Assembly: GCA_965220955.1 (NCBI GenBank)
Contig: CBDCRK010000004.1
Span: 23,277-87,276 of the forward strand
Direction of reading: 5' to 3'
Length of the DNA stretch: 64,000 nt
Source: an uncultured Candidatus Binatia bacterium
GTDB lineage: Bacteria > Desulfobacterota > Binatia > Bin18 > CBDCRK01
Every line of letters begins with the position of its first letter. Within the stretch, counting starts at the first letter, position 1. A program made the translations under genes and the position numbers. Shown here in pieces: positions 9,300 to 17,531 of this stretch. The notes below the pieces were generated by a model. It was not told the origin of the DNA and did not search any database. It was given only the letters and a program-made list of their open reading frames with translations.

Positions 9300-9328
9300 A
9301 AAAAAAGGGGGCCAATAGTAGCCCCCTT
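9300..9328 (-). terminator. Rho-independent terminator after the tpx / prx / SnoaL operon
   Basis: On the minus strand: AAGGGGGC-uacuauug-GCCCCCUU followed by a U run (plus-strand A run 9300-9306). It lies about 20 nt after the SnoaL stop. Confidence 0.8.
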
Positions 9329-9347
9329 CTTAAGGGCCGGTGAGGCA

Positions 9348-9741
9348 CTAGCTGCAGAGCACGTCGTTGGCGTGCATAGTGTCGAGGTACTCGCGCACCG
9401 CCTGGATCTTGCCGTCGCGGACCTCAATCAAGAAATGGTACTGATTCTGGTAGATCTTGCCATTGGCATGCTTGCCATAGGACTCGGCCTCTACAGCCAC
9501 CCGATCTCCCTCGGCAATTATTCCCTTGGGGGTTAATCTCAGCCCCTCGGGGCAGGGCCGCAGCCATGCCTTTAAGCCCCTCGGCAAATTGCTGTTTGGT
9601 CACGGTGCCGGAAAGGGCAAAGTTGCCAGCCACCCACCAGGTAGCGTTATCGGCCATGGCACCCAGGGCTTCCTCGGGTTTGCCAGCGGTGAAATTCTCA
9701 AAGAACCCTAGCACAATCTTTTTGTTGTCCTCTACGCTCAT
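9348..9741 (-). pseudogene. SnoaL-like / NTF2-fold protein with one frame break (extra base in a C4/G4 run at 9550-9553)
   Basis: N-terminal part MSVEDNKKIVLGFFENFTAGKPEEALG...GLKGMAAALP in one frame. C-terminal part EGLRLTPKGIIAEGDRVAVEAESYGKHANGKIYQNQYHFLIEVRDGKIQAVREYLD in another. Removing one C from ctgCCCCgag joins them. A GGAGGG site precedes the ATG at 9741. Confidence 0.7.
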
Positions 9742-9775
9742 AAGACCCTCCTTATTAGTATTTTGCTCTAGAGGA

Positions 9776-10258
9776 TTATGGCAATCCCTTGAGCACATCT
9801 TTAATTTTGGCAAAATCGGGCATTTCCGCCGGGCTTCCCGGCACCCAGGCGTAACGAACCACTCCCTGTTTATCCACAACAAAGGCCGAGCGATTGGCCA
9901 CGCCCTTTAGACCTAAGATCTCTGGCAGCAGCACCTCATACTGCTCGGCTACGTCCTTGTTAAAATCGGCCAAGAGCGGAAAAGGCAGGCTTAGGTGTTG
10001 GGCCCAGGCCTCATGGCAGAAAACACTGTCCACGCTAATGCCCAGTACTTCGGTATTGAGACCCTGATATGCCGCATAGTCATCCCTCACCGAGGAAAGC
10101 TCGTTGGTTCAGCCTGGACTCCAGTCCAGCACATAAAACAAAAGCAGGGCATTTTGTTTCCCCTGATAAGAGCTCAGAGAAATAGTGTCCGGTTGGGGCA
10201 TCTTGAATTTTACCGGCAGGGTAAAATCAGGAGCCTGTTGTCCTTCTGCTAGAGCCAT
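9776..10258 (-). CDS. PrxQ/BCP-like peroxiredoxin with an in-frame TGA (candidate selenocysteine) at the peroxidatic Cys position
   Basis: ATG at 10258 preceded by GGAGGTGG. The translation reads MALAEGQQAPDFTL...LLFYVLDWSPG-TGA-TNELSSVRDDYAAYQ.... The TGA at 10111-10109 is in frame (147 nt from the ATG) and replaces the C of the D-x-[ST]-P-G-C-T motif. The ORF track reports only the 3' part (9776-10090). Confidence 0.8.
10083..10097 (-). promoter_or_regulatory. Candidate bacterial SECIS hairpin
   Basis: On the mRNA: UGA-ACCAACGAGCU-UUCCUC-GGU-GAGGGA. The stem is 6 bp including one G-U pair, the apical loop is GGU, and the loop lies about 18 nt 3' of the UGA. Confidence 0.5.
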
Positions 10259-10289
10259 AATCCACCTCCAAAAGAGTTTTTAGTACGTT

Positions 10290-10823
10290 TTAAGCGCTGG
10301 CTGCCTGTTTGGCCGCGTTAAGTGCGGCTTCGTAGTCTGGCTCGTTAGCAACTTCCTTGACATACTCAACATGCTTGACCTTGCCGTCTTTGCCCACAAC
10401 AAAAACGGCCCGAGCCTCTAAACCGGCAAGCGGACTATCCTTAACCAGCACTCCGTAGTTCTGGCCAAACGAGCGCTCGCGAAAGTCCGACAGAGTCTTT
10501 ACCCGCTCCACACCCGCGGCACCACACCAGCGTTTCTGGGCAAAAGGCAGATCCAAACTGATGGTCCATACCTCAATGCCCTCGCTGAGCTTAGACGCTT
10601 CTTCGTTGAATCTCCTTGTCTCTGTATCGCAGACCGGCGTGTCTACTGATGGCACAGAGCTAAGGACGACAACCTTGCCCTTGGCCTCGCTCAGACGAAC
10701 GGGCTGAAGGTCGTTATTCAAGGCGGTAAAGTCAGGCGCATCCTGGCCAGGTTTAATCTCAGGACCAATAAGCGTGATCGGGTTGCCTCTCAAAGTGACT
10801 GCGCCGCTTCTTTCTTCTGCCAT
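10290..10823 (-). CDS. tpx: Thiol peroxidase (Tpx, atypical 2-Cys peroxiredoxin)
   Basis: VTLRGNPITLIGPEIKPGQDAPDFTA...VLSSVPSVDTPVCDTETRRFN is the canonical Tpx signature. Start taken at Met 10823, after AGGAGGAGG. The ORF is open to 10859. Confidence 0.85.
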   Translation of the reverse strand: MAEERSGAVTLRGNPITLIGPEIKPGQDAPDFTALNNDLQPVRLSEAKGKVVVLSSVPSVDTPVCDTETRRFNEEASKLSEGIEVWTISLDLPFAQKRWCGAAGVERVKTLSDFRERSFGQNYGVLVKDSPLAGLEARAVFVVGKDGKVKHVEYVKEVANEPDYEAALNAAKQAASA

Positions 10824-10892
10824 TTCCTCCTCCTTCTCATTGCTATTTTTTGTCACCACTGTCTAACGGTGAGATAGTGGGTATTCTAGCCG

Positions 10893-10904
10893 TTCTAATT
10901 AGAA
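10893..10904. promoter_or_regulatory. Perfect 12-bp palindrome TTCTAATTAGAA upstream of tpx (candidate operator)
   Basis: Seen directly, 70-80 nt upstream of the tpx start in the divergent tpx / nitroreductase intergenic region. An ATTCTAG half-site-like sequence lies 5 nt upstream. Confidence 0.3.
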
Positions 10905-11170
10905 TTGCAAACGCAAAAACGAGGTTACTCTACTACAGGCCAAACCCACAACACAAGAAGACCATAGGCAAGGAAGGAGAGCGTTTGACAACCTTGTTGC
11001 GTCCGGGGTAAGCTGCCGACAACTCTGAAGAAACTCGGCACAAGATTGACAAGGGTAGAGAGAAAACGGTAGACAGTCAGAATGTAAAGGCGGCCTTTTA
11101 TGGCTGCCCTCCTGCTCTTGTTGTAGAGAGCCGGGGATTTTTTCCTAACTAAAGTAAGGAGGGTGTACTT

Positions 11171-11815
11171 ATGGCAGAGCCAGGAATTTTTGAAATCATC
11201 TATTCGACCCGGGCAATGCGCCGGCTAAAACCCGATCCCATTCCAGAGGAGACGCTTAAGAAAATTGTTGACGCCGGCACCCGCGCTCCCAGCGGTGGCA
11301 ACACGCAGGACTGGGCCTTTATCCTGGTGCGGGACCCAGAATTAAAGCGGTTTATCCGCGATTACTACTGGAACAGCTGGCAGCAGATACGGGCCGGGGG
11401 AACTATTCCCACCGATATGCCGCCCCCCCAGCAACGCATGCTCAATGCTGCCGCCCATCTGGCTGCCCACATGGACGAAGTACCGGTGATTCTCTTGGCC
11501 TGCATGCTGAAAGAATACCCACCCCTGACCCCGCTGAACAACCAACGGGCCAATGCGGGCGCGGTGTATGGCTCGATTTACCCGGCAGTGCAAAATATTC
11601 TGCTGGCTTGTCGCGCCCTAGGAATTGGCACCACGCTTACTACCCTGCACTGTTTCTTTGAGGAGGACCTTAAGCAGAAGCTGGGTATTCCCGAGAACAT
11701 GGAAGTCTCCGCACTCTTACCCTTGGGATATCCCCAGGGAAAATTTGGTCCTACTTCTCGTAGGCCCGTAGAAGAGGTGATCCACTGGGACCGGTGGGGG
11801 AATCAGAAAGCTTAG
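11171..11815 (+). CDS. Nitroreductase family protein
   Basis: RAMRRLKPDPIPEETLKKIVDAGTRAPSGGNTQDWAFILVRDPE is a typical nitroreductase N-terminal motif. AGGAGGG site upstream. Confidence 0.8.
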   Translation: MAEPGIFEIIYSTRAMRRLKPDPIPEETLKKIVDAGTRAPSGGNTQDWAFILVRDPELKRFIRDYYWNSWQQIRAGGTIPTDMPPPQQRMLNAAAHLAAHMDEVPVILLACMLKEYPPLTPLNNQRANAGAVYGSIYPAVQNILLACRALGIGTTLTTLHCFFEEDLKQKLGIPENMEVSALLPLGYPQGKFGPTSRRPVEEVIHWDRWGNQKA

Positions 11816-11833
11816 ATGGGACCCTCACCCCAG

Positions 11834-11861
11834 CCCTCTCCCGCGCTCTTGCGGGAGAGGG
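11834..11861 (+). terminator. GC-rich hairpin just after the nitroreductase stop (terminator or REP-like)
   Basis: ccctctcccgc-gctctt-gcgggagaggg has an 11-bp stem. No clear U-tract follows. Confidence 0.4.
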
Positions 11862-11990
11862 AGTAGAGAATAGCCAGGATTTTAGTTCTGGTGAGGGGGG
11901 AGAAAAAGAGTTCCCGTATAGACTCTTAGTGAGGGGTTTTGCTTGTCACTCAGATTTACAAGCACTAACTAAGGCAACATAGAGGGGGAC

Positions 11991-13082
11991 ATGCCTATGG
12001 CAACGGTCAGGAATTCTATAGAGGATGACCCTATTGAGATGCTCTTTGAGCGGGGGGCCTCGGATGGCCTGCCCGTGGTTCCACCCACACGTGGGCGTGT
12101 TGAGCGCATGCTGGCGGGCGCGCCTGACCGTCGTCCAGACGAGCTGATTGGCACAGTAGGACCCTGCTACGGCCAGGCAACGGTGGAGAAGGTAGCCATC
12201 AATGCGGTCATGGCCGGCTGTAAGCCGGAATACTTCCCGGTGGTCCTGGCTGGTGTCGAAGCGCTATGTGACGAGCGCTTTTGCGCCCATGGTCTTAACG
12301 TCACCCTCTTTTCAGGAGCACCGCTGGCCATCATCAGTGGTCCGGTGCGCCGTAAGATTGGTCTGAACTGTGGCCATAACGCACTTGGCCATGGCTTTCG
12401 TGCCAATGCGACTATCGGCAGAGCGCTGCGCCTGATCATTATGAATATTGGCGGTGCCCGTCCGCACGGGATCACCAAAGCAGTAATGGGACATCCCGGC
12501 CAATACACCCTGCTAGTGGCCGAGGATGAGGAAACCTCCCCCTGGGAGCCATTCCATGTTGAACGCGGATTTCAGAAGGAAGACTCAGTCGTCACCCTTT
12601 TTCCTGCTGGCTCCCCCCAGCAGATCAGCGATCTCCGGAGCCGTACAGCTGAGCAACTGGTAGCCTCGTTGGGCTGGACAATGGCCGGGGGAGTCTGGAA
12701 CCACAAGGACTATCCGTTGATTTGCGACGCCGTCCTGGTGCTTAACCCGGAGCATGCCAGGACCATTGCCCGGGACGGCTGGTCCAAGCAGGATGTTCGC
12801 CAGTTTCTTTATGAGACAATCAAACGGCCCACAGCAGAGCTGGAGCCGGGCAAGGACGGAGGGGGAGGCTTAAGCGAAAGCCTGCTGCGCAGCCAGCGGA
12901 TGAGCGGTCTAGTGGTGGAGGGCTATGTGCGCAAATTCCGCTCACCGGAGTCGATTCTTGTTGTTGTGGCCGGGGGAACGGCCGGCGGCATGTCGATGGT
13001 CATTCCGGGGTGGGCGTCAGGAGACTTCGATGGCAGTACCCCGGTCAGCCAGCGTATTCAACTTAATGGTGAAGGCGGATAG
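11991..13082 (+). CDS. Conserved hypothetical protein, family not recognised, upstream neighbour of the UGSC (seleno)protein
   Basis: 363-aa ORF with an AGAGGGGGA site upstream and protein-like composition (LPVVPPTRGRVERML...TVEKVAINAVMAGCKPEYFPVVLAGVEAL). I cannot name the family. Confidence 0.6.
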   Translation: MPMATVRNSIEDDPIEMLFERGASDGLPVVPPTRGRVERMLAGAPDRRPDELIGTVGPCYGQATVEKVAINAVMAGCKPEYFPVVLAGVEALCDERFCAHGLNVTLFSGAPLAIISGPVRRKIGLNCGHNALGHGFRANATIGRALRLIIMNIGGARPHGITKAVMGHPGQYTLLVAEDEETSPWEPFHVERGFQKEDSVVTLFPAGSPQQISDLRSRTAEQLVASLGWTMAGGVWNHKDYPLICDAVLVLNPEHARTIARDGWSKQDVRQFLYETIKRPTAELEPGKDGGGGLSESLLRSQRMSGLVVEGYVRKFRSPESILVVVAGGTAGGMSMVIPGWASGDFDGSTPVSQRIQLNGEGG

Positions 13083-13111
13083 CTCCTCACCCTAGCCTTG
13101 TTTTCAAAAAT

Positions 13112-13141
13112 GTAGGGGCGGGTTTGAAACCCGCTCCCTAT
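13112..13141. repeat. REP-like palindrome (family copy 2, imperfect)
   Basis: gtaggggcgggtttgaaacccgctccctat, intergenic. Confidence 0.7.
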
Positions 13142-13201
13142 TTTCTGAAGGGGAGAGGATTTTAAAATACACTCTAGATTACTCAGTAAGGAGGAAGCAC
13201 T

Positions 13202-13753
13202 ATGGCAGAAGAGATGCTCGATCCTATGGGATTTGCTGAGCAAACCACAAAGCCGCTGGCCCCGCGGCTTACCGACCTGCGGGGAAAAACTATTGGCCTT
13301 TTGGACATTGGGTTCCCCAACGGAAACCTTTTCCTTGACCGGGTAGAAGAACTGCTCCAGGAGCGCTATGGGGTAGCTGAGGTCATCAGGCATGCCAAGC
13401 CCAGTCCCACCCGGATGGCAAAGAAAGAAGTGAGGGAGGACATTCTCTCACGCTGTGACGCTGTCATTGAGGCCCTAAGTTCTTGAGGGTCGTGTATATC
13501 GTGCAGTTCGCACGATGTTGCCTATTTTGAGGGGCAGGGGGTGCCAACGGCCAATGTTGCCACTACGGAGTTTATTGAGGCCGCCCGCCTCCAGTGTAAG
13601 AACCTGGGCATTCCTTCCTACGAAGTGGTTACCGTTCCACACCCGGTTGCATCACTCACCAAAGAGGAGACACGGGCACGGGCCGATGCTGTTATAGAGA
13701 CCATTGCTGCCCGGCTCATCGCTGGACAGGTAGCACAGGCGGCCGCCCTTTAG
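13202..13753 (+). CDS. UGSC-motif (seleno)protein with an in-frame TGA followed by GSC
   Basis: ORFs 13202-13486 and 13541-13753 share a frame. Read-through gives ...DAVIEALSS-TGA-GSCISCSSHDVAYFEGQGVPTANVATTEF.... The TGA at 13484-13486 creates a U-G-S-C motif. From memory, an NCBI family is named UGSC family (seleno)protein. Confidence 0.75.
13498..13516 (+). promoter_or_regulatory. Candidate bacterial SECIS hairpin
   Basis: AUCGUGC-AGUUC-GCACGAU is a perfect 7-bp stem. It starts 11 nt after the UGA, and the apical loop contains GU. Confidence 0.6.
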
Positions 13754-13851
13754 AAGCGTAAAAATTCCCTGCTCCTGTGAAGGCTCCCGGGGGTAGGTAT
13801 GAGCTAGTAGCCCCTCAACAAGATTAGCGTGGCTGCTTTCACCCCCATCCT

Positions 13852-13886
13852 CCTTCCCCCATCAAGGGGGAAGGGACCTATTTTTT
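13852..13886 (+). terminator. Rho-independent terminator downstream of the UGSC gene
   Basis: ccttccccc-atcaa-gggggaagg followed by gaccta and a TTTTTT run. Confidence 0.65.
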
Positions 13887-13964
13887 CGGGAGGGAGAGTC
13901 AGAGAGGGGGTGAAAGTCGGTCCCCTTTTCCGCCGGATCCAGAGGAAGAGAAAGGCAATAGCAA

Positions 13965-14321
13965 ATGAAAAAAGATGCGACCAAGATCACCGGTTTTCAT
14001 GCTCATGTTTACTACGATCCCGAGAGTCGCGTTACGGCTGCCCGCATACGCAGAGGGTTAGGCGCCAGATTTGACGTACAGCTTGGGCGCTGGCACGACA
14101 AACCCATTGGCCCGCACCCCAAATCCATGTATCAAGTCGCGTTCTCGCCGGATCAGTTTGACAAGGTCGTCCCCTGGTTAATGCTCAATCATAGGGGGAT
14201 GGATGTTCTCATTCACCCTTCAACGAGCGCGCATGTGGAAGACCACTCGGGTCGTGCCCTGTGGCTAGGAAAAAAACTGGAGCTTAATTTCGAGGTCTTC
14301 CGAAAGCAGGAAGACACCTAA
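13965..14321 (+). CDS. DOPA 4,5-dioxygenase family protein
   Basis: 118 aa. ITGFHAHVYYDPESR...GPHPKSMYQVAF...VLIHP matches the small DOPA-dioxygenase-like family pattern as I recall it. Confidence 0.6.
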   Translation: MKKDATKITGFHAHVYYDPESRVTAARIRRGLGARFDVQLGRWHDKPIGPHPKSMYQVAFSPDQFDKVVPWLMLNHRGMDVLIHPSTSAHVEDHSGRALWLGKKLELNFEVFRKQEDT

Positions 14322-15466
14322 CCACGCTCCCCTTCGTACAGGCGGCATGAGGTGGCCTTGATGACCAGGAACACCTTGCTGTTGGGTTGGAGTGCTAACT
14401 CGCCGAATGTTGTCCCGGTAACCTCGACTGTTAGGGGAGGAAGGCTGCTGGCGATCTCGGCCGTGACCAGTCCTACGGAACCCACTGTTCGTAGCTGGAT
14501 GATCCGCGCGGGGAGGATGTTGCGGGCTGAGAGTCCTGTGGGTCTATTCGTGGCGATTATGATGTCGTGAGCGGGGATACCAGCCAACATCAGATCGCCG
14601 GGCTCCGTCTCCGCTTTCACTGTAATTAACTCGACAGAGCTTACATTTGGCTCCGTACTCTCTCCTAGACGCACCCGGGAGGTGCTTCCTTGGTCGCCCA
14701 CCAAGCGACAGGGAAGAATGTTTTCAAAGCCTTCCTGTGCAGCCAGAGGAAAAATCTCAGGATCGGTCAGCACCTCCCGGGGCTCACCGTAGGCGATTGC
14801 GGAGCCGTCCTTAAGCACAATGAGATCATCGCAGAGAGCCTGGACCTCGAGGGGGTCGTGAGACACGAACAGCATAGGAATGCGGAATTCGGAGCGGACC
14901 CGGCGGAGGAAGGGCAAGAGCTTACGGCGAAGGGGAAGGTCCAGGGAGGCAAATGGCTCATCAAGGAGAAGAAGACGTGGGCCCGAACAGATAGCGCGAC
15001 CCAGGGCCACCCGTTGACGCTCACCTCCAGAGAGCGTGGCCACGGCTCGGTTGAGGAGGGGTTTCAGTTCTAAGATCTCGGTCACCACCTCCAGGGTCTC
15101 CTGGAGAGGATGGCCGTTCCGCAGAGCCCGCTTGCTTCCGGACAGGAGGTTCTGGTGGACGTTCTTGTGGGGAAAGAGCAAACCATCCTGGGGAACGTAT
15201 CCTATGTGTCTCCTCTCCGGTTTCACAAAAGTACGGGCGTTGCTGTCCAACCATAAGTGGTCGCCAAGGCGAATCGTTCCCTTGGCCCTGCGACGCAGCC
15301 CGGCAATGGTTTCAAGCAGACTGGTCTTACCGGAACCCGAGGCCCCGAAGATGCCCGTCACCTGCCGGCGGGTGGTCAAGTCTACAGCTAGGTCAAAGCG
15401 ATCTAATGCCAGGCGTATGCGCACCGAGAGCGCAGTGAGCGAAATAGAGTCAAAAGGATCCATCAT
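14318..15466 (-). CDS. modC: Molybdate ABC transporter ATP-binding protein ModC
   Basis: Walker A GASGSGKTS, ABC signature LSGGERQRVALGRA, Walker B LLLLDEP and a C-terminal TOBE-like domain. Overlaps modB by 4 nt. Confidence 0.85.
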   Translation of the reverse strand: MMDPFDSISLTALSVRIRLALDRFDLAVDLTTRRQVTGIFGASGSGKTSLLETIAGLRRRAKGTIRLGDHLWLDSNARTFVKPERRHIGYVPQDGLLFPHKNVHQNLLSGSKRALRNGHPLQETLEVVTEILELKPLLNRAVATLSGGERQRVALGRAICSGPRLLLLDEPFASLDLPLRRKLLPFLRRVRSEFRIPMLFVSHDPLEVQALCDDLIVLKDGSAIAYGEPREVLTDPEIFPLAAQEGFENILPCRLVGDQGSTSRVRLGESTEPNVSSVELITVKAETEPGDLMLAGIPAHDIIIATNRPTGLSARNILPARIIQLRTVGSVGLVTAEIASSLPPLTVEVTGTTFGELALQPNSKVFLVIKATSCRLYEGERG

Positions 15467-16143
15467 CGGGCTGGGCCGTGAAGGGAGTGACCTTGTGAGA
15501 GAAGTTCCGAGCTGATGATGGCAATAAAGCCCATCACCATGGCCACAATCATAAGAAAGTAGGCCTGACCCTCATCGCCTACCTGCTGGGCACTAAAAAT
15601 AGCCAACGCCAGGGTCTGGGTGCGTCCCGGAATGTTACCGGCAATAGTGACCGTGGCGCCGAACTCTCCCAGCGCACGGGTGAAGCCAAGAATGACTCCA
15701 GCCAAAAGGCCGCGTTTGGCTAAGGGCAGGCTGTAACGGAGAAAGGTTGTCAGGCGACTGTGCCCCAGGGTTGTGGCCATCATTTCCAATCGAGGATCAA
15801 TGCCCTCAAAGGTAACCCTGGCAGTCCGCACGACCAGCGGGAGGGACATCACCGCCGCCGCAATCACCGCTGACTTCCAGTTCAGCAGCAGATCCAGATC
15901 TACCCCTAGGGTCTCCCGACCCAGAGGTCCGTCTATGGCCAGGAGGCGCAGAAGAAGGAAGCCCACCGCGGTAGGGGGAAGAACAAGAGGAAGCCCCACC
16001 AAGGCCGAAAGCATATTCTTTCCCTGGAAGTTGTAGCGAGCAAGCACATAGCCAAGCAACGTTGCCGGCACTACAACAAAGATTGTGGCTACAGAAGCAA
16101 CCTTAAGGGTGAGGAGGATAATGGAGAACATTTCCGGGGTCAT
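15463..16143 (-). CDS. modB: Molybdate ABC transporter permease ModB
   Basis: 226-aa membrane protein with a binding-protein-dependent transport motif region (ALGEFGATVTIAGNIPGRTQT), located between modA and modC. Confidence 0.85.
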   Translation of the reverse strand: MTPEMFSIILLTLKVASVATIFVVVPATLLGYVLARYNFQGKNMLSALVGLPLVLPPTAVGFLLLRLLAIDGPLGRETLGVDLDLLLNWKSAVIAAAVMSLPLVVRTARVTFEGIDPRLEMMATTLGHSRLTTFLRYSLPLAKRGLLAGVILGFTRALGEFGATVTIAGNIPGRTQTLALAIFSAQQVGDEGQAYFLMIVAMVMGFIAIISSELLSQGHSLHGPAR

Positions 16144-16162
16144 TGACGCTTGCCTCCGGTCC

Positions 16163-17005
16163 TTAACTCGTTACAAACCCATATTTCTTGTAGATCACTG
16201 TGGCGCCTTCGCTCCCGAGGAAATCGAGAAAAGCCCGGGCGAGGTCCAGCTCAGACCTCCCTTTTACAGCGGCAGCACAGTAGGTGATCGTCGGATGTAA
16301 GGCAGGGGGAACCTCATACAGCACTTTAATGCTTGTCGAGGTAGCAGCATCTGTTCGGTACACAATGCCTACAATAGTCGGATCGGACTCCACCAAGGCC
16401 AGTGCTGCCCGGACGTCGAGAGTAGGGGCTACCTTCTCTCCTACTATGTCCCACAGGCTTTGGTTTGCTACTGAAACCACTTGGAGAAACGCCTTCGCGT
16501 AGCGGCCCGCTGGCACCGCCTCGGGATTGGCTAGTGCCAGGAACTTGAAGTCGGCATTCTGGAGCTGAAGCGGGTCCGTAATTGCGAACTCTGTGTCGTG
16601 TCGACTAATGAGGACCAAGCCGTTGGAAAGAAAATTTCTTCTTGAGTCGGAAAGGATCCGGTCGGCTTGTTCAAGAAAGTCAACCCACCGCACATCGGCG
16701 GACAGAAACACATCGGCCGAAGGCGAGGCTTTGATCTGCTGGGCAAGCGTATTTGAGCCGGCAAGGTTGTAGACCAGCTCTACTTTGTGATCTTGCTCGA
16801 ACGTCTCGCCCAGCTCTTGCACCACATCCCGGAGACTGGCGGCGACAAAGAGCACTAGGGTCGGCTTCTTCCCCTCCACGGGTACAGCTTTCTCGCAGCC
16901 ATTTATTACGGCCGAAAGCATCACCAGAAGAAGAACCATTACCCAGAGAAGCTTCAGAGGAGACGGGAATTGACTTGGCTGGACAGAAAGTAAGGCGTCG
17001 GGCAT
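16163..17005 (-). CDS. modA: Molybdate ABC transporter substrate-binding protein ModA
   Basis: Signal / lipoprotein-like N-terminus followed by LVLFVAASLRDVVQELGETFEQ...NLAGSNTLAQQI..., which is typical of ModA. Confidence 0.8.
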   Translation of the reverse strand: MPDALLSVQPSQFPSPLKLLWVMVLLLVMLSAVINGCEKAVPVEGKKPTLVLFVAASLRDVVQELGETFEQDHKVELVYNLAGSNTLAQQIKASPSADVFLSADVRWVDFLEQADRILSDSRRNFLSNGLVLISRHDTEFAITDPLQLQNADFKFLALANPEAVPAGRYAKAFLQVVSVANQSLWDIVGEKVAPTLDVRAALALVESDPTIVGIVYRTDAATSTSIKVLYEVPPALHPTITYCAAAVKGRSELDLARAFLDFLGSEGATVIYKKYGFVTS

Positions 17006-17131
17006 GCCAGGACTATAGAGAATTCACACCGATCTTCAAGTAGCCACCGGCCGCATGCTATTTGGGAGTTTCCCAGGGTCTGGAGAATTTGCTTAGAGTT
17101 CTGGCCTATTGTCCGTGCTTATTCCCTGGGA

Positions 17132-17497
17132 TTAGGATAACGCTCTATAAGATCCCACAGCCAAACGCCCCCGCTTGTCCAGGGAAAACGTTTGTTCCCC
17201 TGCATGGATGACATCCAGGCGATACAATTGGAGGTCGGAGAGCGCACTCCGCATCGACGGCGTAATAAGCGGCGGAGTGTTGTCGAGCCAATGGTGACAC
17301 CCAGTTGGGGGAGGTCTCTTTCTAGAAAAGGCCGGATGAATCTTCGACGCTATTCGTTGCTCTCGGCATGCGAACGAGCCAGGTACGGCCGAGGAAACCC
17401 TCCTCAGAGTCACAAACGTCTATGGTTCTTGGCTTCTACCTCCTCCAAGGAGAACCCGCCTAACTCCTGGTACAGCATGCGGCCTGCGAGGGTTTGA
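17132..17497 (-). pseudogene. Decayed remnant of an AAA ATPase with DUF4143 (COG1373-like)
   Basis: The minus-strand reading gives ...RRL*L*GGFPRPYLARSHAESNE*RRRFIRPFLERDLPQLG.... The three in-frame stops sit where the family has W, R and W. A frameshift follows, and the C-terminal piece is LYRLDVIHAGEQTFSLDKRGRLAVGSYRAL. The AAA domain and central region are missing. Confidence 0.6.
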
Positions 17498-17531
17498 TCT
17501 CCCTGGTGGAGTGCGGAGGTTTAGCGGAAGT

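Noticed and set aside
13829-14074. ORF 13829-14074 overlapping the terminator hairpin and the start of the DOPA-dioxygenase-like gene
   Set aside because: Its N-terminal part (PPSRGKGPIFSGGRVREG) is a translation of the hairpin and T-tract region. The 13965-14321 frame has the family-like sequence.
17006-17131. Possible molybdenum-cofactor riboswitch upstream of modA. Long-range pairing cccaggg/ccctggg and a tggga-aac-tccca hairpin occur on the minus strand.
   Set aside because: I could not recognise the conserved Moco motif core. The pairings are short and could be fortuitous.
17192-17497. The TGA codons in the DUF4143 remnant as possible selenocysteine or recoding sites
   Set aside because: They fall at Trp/Arg positions, not Cys positions. 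They are accompanied by a TAG and by large deletions, and no SECIS-like hairpin follows. This is genuine decay.
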